From Hydrurus foetidus (lineage: Eukaryota), in the NCBI GenBank assembly GCA_900617105.1, contig UYFQ01000274.1, positions 1-38,998 of the forward strand: a stretch of 38,998 nucleotides of DNA, in the 5' to 3' direction. A program made the translations under genes and the position numbers. A model generated the notes under the pieces. That model was not told the origin of the DNA. It searched no databases and saw nothing but the letters and a program-made list of their open reading frames with translations. Below are positions 34,011 to 38,998 of this stretch, in pieces. Within the stretch, counting starts at the first letter, position 1. Every line of letters begins with the position of its first letter.

Positions 34011-35503
34011 ATGGCTCTCCGACGCCAGGACAAGAGGATTAGCACCATCAACTCCCTTCGCCGACAACGACAGCCTCCTAGAGCTGTCGCCGTCGCCTTC
34101 CGACAACGTTACGAGGAGCACCACAATCGTGGAGGAGATAGCATCGAGTCTCCTGGGCCACCTGCGGCTCAGGACCCCGCCGGCGACCTGTCTGCACCGA
34201 TTCCTCAGCGGAATTCGGAGCCTGCGGTCTCGTCTGTTATTGATGCTCCTGTTTTATCTGCTTTATCCGCTCTAACGTTATCACCAGTTTCGACTGCGAC
34301 ACCAGCTTCGGCTGAGATACCAGCTTCGGCTGCGACACCAGATTCGTCTGCGACACCAGCTTCGGCTGAGATTCCTCGTTCGATGGCACCACCTCAGCAC
34401 TATGTGCAAACGGGTGAGAGAGCTCCTAAGTTGAGCGCCGTGCCCTCTCGTCAGGAAGTACTACGGGTAATGGAGGTCCTCCTTTCAAATGGAACTCCAT
34501 TTAAACCAGTTGATGTAATCCATGTTTCCAACCATCAATCGTTTACAACGCTTCTCAAGCGTAAGTTTGCAACTGATCCCGATCGTCGCGACTCCTGTAA
34601 CAATTGGAAACATTGGTCGAATCAATTGTTCTGTAGAGAACTCAATCTCACAGTTCCTACATCAGCTGTCAATCGAACTGACAAGCTGAGTTTCATTGAA
34701 ACTGTCTCTCAGGTCGCACTTCAATTCGACCTGAAGGATAAATCAGTGGAAGACAAGACAGATCAGCTTTTAGCTGATATTGTTGATGGATTCCCTGATG
34801 CAACACCCGCTCTCCAACTTCAGGCAACCAAAATTCTAATCGATAAGTTGCCTGTCGAACCTATCAATTGGAGAGCAGTGTTACAGCGTAGTCTTAACAA
34901 TACAACGCCAAGACTCATTACAATCGAAGACTTTCGATTCGTATGGCTTGCGCAGCTTGCTAAGCTACGAGAATCAATTGATGCCTTACGGTTCATTGAT
35001 GTCTCTCCTTTGTATGGTGATCACTCTCGCCAAATCAAAGCTCCTCCTCGTTCCTCTCAGGACAAAATCAAAAACGTCCACGAGAGAGCGAACAATCTGT
35101 GCAATCAGACAAGTCTGACAAATTCGAAAGACCTCTGTGCACAGGTTGTGGGAGACTCGGCCATTTCGTCGCCACGTGTTTTACACTACGTCTCCGTACT
35201 ATAACAGTACAGACGCACCCTATATCAACTCTGAGGGTCATAAGCAGTTGTTGAAAGTCGATTCAAAGGCTAAGTTTATTCCAACTTTACCTAAGACATC
35301 GACCTCTTCTTCATCGTCTTCCTCTTCTTCTTCCTCTTCGTCAAAACCTGCTACATCAACAGCAGACTCGACAAACGCTGCGAAGAAACACAAAGGTGAG
35401 CAACTATGCAACCTAAATTCATCATCTATTCTTTCCGATGATCCAGAACTTATTCCTTTCTTCGTATCTCCCCTCTCACAGGAGGTTATGCTGGAAAAAG
35501 TAA
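34011..35503 (+). CDS. gag: Gag (with CCHC zinc knuckle), frame broken by single-base homopolymer deletions at ~35066 and ~35181
   Basis: ORF 34002-35204, plus the knuckle CTGCGRLGHFVATC at 35138-35179 in a neighbouring frame, plus the Ser-rich/basic tail in ORF 35137. Confidence 0.7.
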
Positions 35504-38500
35504 TAGAGTCTTTACTCTCCTGGACACCGGCTCTTTTGCTGGCAACTTTATACATCGCCGCATCATAATTAATCATAATTTCACACAATTCGTATCTAAC
35601 TCTTCAAAGAAATTGTGTAAAGTTTGTAGTGGATTAGATAATCATTGTTATGATATTTCTGACACTATAGACTTAACTCTTTCTTATTTTTGCCCTGATT
35701 TAAATAATTATTATACTTTTCAAATCACGGCTTATGTTTTAGACGATTCGAAATTTGATCTAATAGTGGGACGAAAAACAATTCGCGAATTGAATTTATT
35801 TTCACGTTTCCCCGATCAAATATCTGCCAATGCTTCATCAAACACTACCTCATTAGCGGAAGTTTTATCTTCTGAACAAGTGGATATAACGTGTGGCTGT
35901 CAGCCTAAGGAGAAGTTGCAACCCTCTGATGGCTCCCCAAAGGTCGATCCTTTAACCCAAAAGGTGAAACCGGCAGTAACCCAAACACACGTTATTCTAG
36001 CTTCACTAATACAAGAGTCTGAAAGACTTTTTGAGGCTGTGCCCCCTGATGAGGACGAAATCGACGACTCGATCAAGGACTCGTTTTCACCTTGGATAGA
36101 TGAATTTCCTGATACTGACCCACTCTCGCTAATAAACTTAGCAGGTGATGAAGATCAGAAAAATAAACTTCGGTTACTAGTACACGAATTCAAGGATATA
36201 TTTAGCAGTGAACTTTCGGCCACTCCTGCTAATATTCCACCGTTTGACTTTCATGTCAATGACGACCAATGGAGAGTCTCTAAAATAGACAACCTCCATG
36301 GGCTAAATCAACAGTTGATCAAGCTGACATTCTTAGTCAAATTAAAAACTTGAAAAACAAAATATTGTTGAAAAATCAAACGCGGCTTATTATAGCCAAG
36401 TTTTACTAGTTCCTAAATCTGATGGAACTAAGCGCATGTGTATTGATTTTCGGAATCTCAACAATTGTACCGAAGATAAATCACATCCTATTCCACACAT
36501 CGGTGAGATGTTGCGTCGAATAGGTGCACATAAAGCAAAAGTGTTTGCTGTACTTGACCTCACTCAAGGTTACCATCAAGCACCACTTACACTCGCTGCA
36601 CGTGCTTATACTGCATTCATACTATTCTGCGGAGTATATCAATTCACTCGTTTACCCTTTGGGCCAAAACAAGCACCCTCCTATTTCCAACAGATTATGA
36701 CGACTGTTGTGTTAGCAGGGCTGATATACTCTATATGCGAAATGTACATAGATGATTGCAATGTTTTCGGTAAAGACATTGACGAACTTATTTCTAGACT
36801 TCGTCTTGTGTTCGATCGCTTTAGAAAACACAAAATATTCCTTAAACCGAATAAGTGTTATCTAGGCTATGCCGAAATAGATTATGTTGGCAAAGTTCTA
36901 TCTGCAGATGGACTTAGAATGTCACAAGAAAAAATACGGACTGTCTTAGATTTTCCTAAACCAGTACTATCTAAACAACTCAAAAGTTTTTTAGGATTGG
37001 TTAATTATTTTCACGACTTTGTTAGAAACGCTTCTACTGTTGTATACCCGTTACATCAGTTGCTTCTTAACTATAATAAGTATAAGAAAATAACTTGGAC
37101 AATAGAAGCTCTCAGAGCATTCAATTTGATCAAATCCGAGATTTCAAAATGCACGACTATGCACTTTTTAAGTGACACCGATCCGATTTACTTGCACACT
37201 GATGCATCGGACTATGGTGTAGGTGCCTATCTTTTCCAGTTAGTTGACGGTCAAGAAACGCCCATAGCATTTGTCAGTAAATCACTTAACAAAGCTCAGC
37301 TTCGTTGGGCTGTTATACAAAAAGAAGCATATGCTATCTTTTATTCGTGCACGTATTTAAAATCGCTATTACGTGATCGTACGTTCACATTGCGTACAGA
37401 TCATCGTAACTTGTTATACATCAAGGATAATTCAAATCCAATGATTGTTCGGTGGTTTATGGCCTTATCCGAATATTCATTTAAAATTGAATATATACCT
37501 GGTGCTAACAATGATATAGCTGATTCGATGTCTCGACTCTGTCGCAATAACATGGTTGATTTCCCTCAGGAATATACTCCTGATGCAATCATGTCTGCTA
37601 ATACTATTGAAAAATTCAAACTAACACGTGATCAGTACAATACAATCAGTAAAGTACACAATTCACAAGTTGGGCATTTTGGCCTTGAGCGCACTTTAAA
37701 GCGTCTCATTGACAAAAAGATAGTATGGCAATATATGCGTCAGCACGTCAGGTGGTTCATAGATCACTGTTCGTGTTGTCAGAAAATGAGTATGTTAAAG
37801 ATACCAATACATGCTCATGGTTTCTCGACTTCTACTTACACACCTATGGAATGCCTTAACATAGACTTCATAGGACCGTTTCCAGACGGCGGGTACGTAC
37901 TCGTAATTATCGATACGTTCACAAGATGGGTTGAACTGTTTCATACAGAAGATGCTACAGCACTTTCAACAGCTAAATGCCTCTTGCAACACTTCGGTCG
38001 TTTCGGCGCACCTCTCCAACTCCGTTCTGATAATGGGCCACACTTCATTTCCGAAGTTATTAGAGAGTTTCTAACTCTTATTGGCACTCAACATTGTCTT
38101 ACTTTAGCATACTCTAAAGAAGAAAATGCTATTGTTGAGCGCATGAATAAAGAAGTTAATAGACATCTTCGTGCATTAACATTCGATAATGTCACACTAG
38201 AAGATTATAAAACGTCACTTCCATTTGTGCAACGAATTTTAAATTCGAATCACAGTGATCGTTTAAAAATATCATCTTCTCAACTTCTTTTCGGAAATGT
38301 ACTAAAACTCGATAGAGGTATCTTTTTACCTCCTGCTGAGCGAAATGTTACTGATGACAAACCTTTGTCTAAGCGTATAAGCAATCTACTCAAAACGCAA
38401 GACAGTCTTCTTAAAGCTTCTGCTAAAGAACTTCTTCGCACAGATTTGCTTCATCAAAGTCAGTCTCAAATTTTTCAGCATGTAGAGTATCCAAAAGACT

Positions 38501-38916
38501 CTTATGTCTTAGTGCACTATCGCGATGGAACTCCTCCTTCACGTCTTCACACGTATTGGAGAGGCCCATTAAAAGTCGTTAGTGGCGAAAATTCGCGTTA
38601 CACACTTTATGATCTAGTCACTCAGAAAACTTCAGAGTTTCATGTTTCTGCAATGAAACCTTTTCTATTTGACCCTTCAATCACAAATCCGTTGGATGTT
38701 GCACGACGTGATCACATGGAATACTTTGTTGAAGACATTCTTGATCATCGTGGCAAACACCAACGTACCCACATAGAGTTTTTAGTCAAATGGTTAAATT
38801 ACCCTTCAGACAAAAACACTTGGGAACCTTATTCAAGTCTTCGTGATGTTGATAAACTTCATGATTATTTACGTCATAATAACATGACTAAATTAATCAA
38901 TAAGCAACATCGATGA
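35482..38916 (+). CDS. pol: Pol: aspartic protease, RT, RNase H, integrase, chromodomain (frame breaks at ~36283 and ~36345)
   Basis: Protease VFTLLDTGSFAGNFI is in the frame of ORF 35613. RT motifs: MCIDFRNLN, LDLTQGYHQ, LPFG, YIDD. RNase H: TDASDYGVGA, EAYAI, TDHRNL. Integrase: H...H...CSCC, DFIGP, SDNG, ERMN. Chromodomain: YFVEDILDHR...FLVKWLNY...NTWEP. Confidence 0.95.
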
Positions 38917-38998
38917 CTTAATATATTTGAAACTTTATCCATGAGGATTCTCTCCTATTTTTTTTACCTACGGGTCTTTTTTGGAGAGTTTACCTAGT

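Larger units (their letters stand above)
33647..38998 (+). mobile_element. Ty3/Gypsy LTR retrotransposon, chromovirus (3' LTR beyond window)
   Basis: Domain order is gag (CCHC) - protease (LLDTGS) - RT (YIDD) - RNase H - integrase - chromodomain, preceded by a TG...CA bounded LTR candidate. Confidence 0.95.

Noticed and set aside
35060..36350. Programmed ribosomal frameshifting as the explanation for gag/pol frame breaks
   Set aside because: Five separate -1 breaks, all in short homopolymers and several inside otherwise continuous domains, fit sequencing error better than recoding.

Overview
Gene-dense eukaryotic (protist-like, possibly stramenopile; taxonomy is inference only) region with short GT-AG introns. 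In order it holds: the 3' part of an ankyrin+WW gene; a small histone-fold gene; two adjacent non-autonomous DNA transposons; an F-box/LRR gene; a large secreted protein with three copies of a Cys/Trp-rich domain and a ~3.5 kb Pro/Thr tandem array; a 14-exon atypical Hsp70 with a C-terminal transmembrane helix; an intronless NEK kinase; and a Musashi/hnRNP-A-like 2xRRM gene with polyQ and a PAM2 motif. The window ends with a C2H2 zinc-finger ORF (likely the 5' part of a non-LTR retroelement) interrupted by a Ty3/Gypsy chromovirus that runs off the window end. The most notable observation is an 86-nt spliceosomal-looking intron exactly at the gag-protease junction of the chromovirus, which would act as a splicing-based Gag vs Gag-Pol switch. 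Other leads are the tail-anchored Hsp70, a multi-branched RNA structure downstream of the RRM gene and the unnamed repeated extracellular domain. All exon coordinates were derived by hand and are unverified by expression data.
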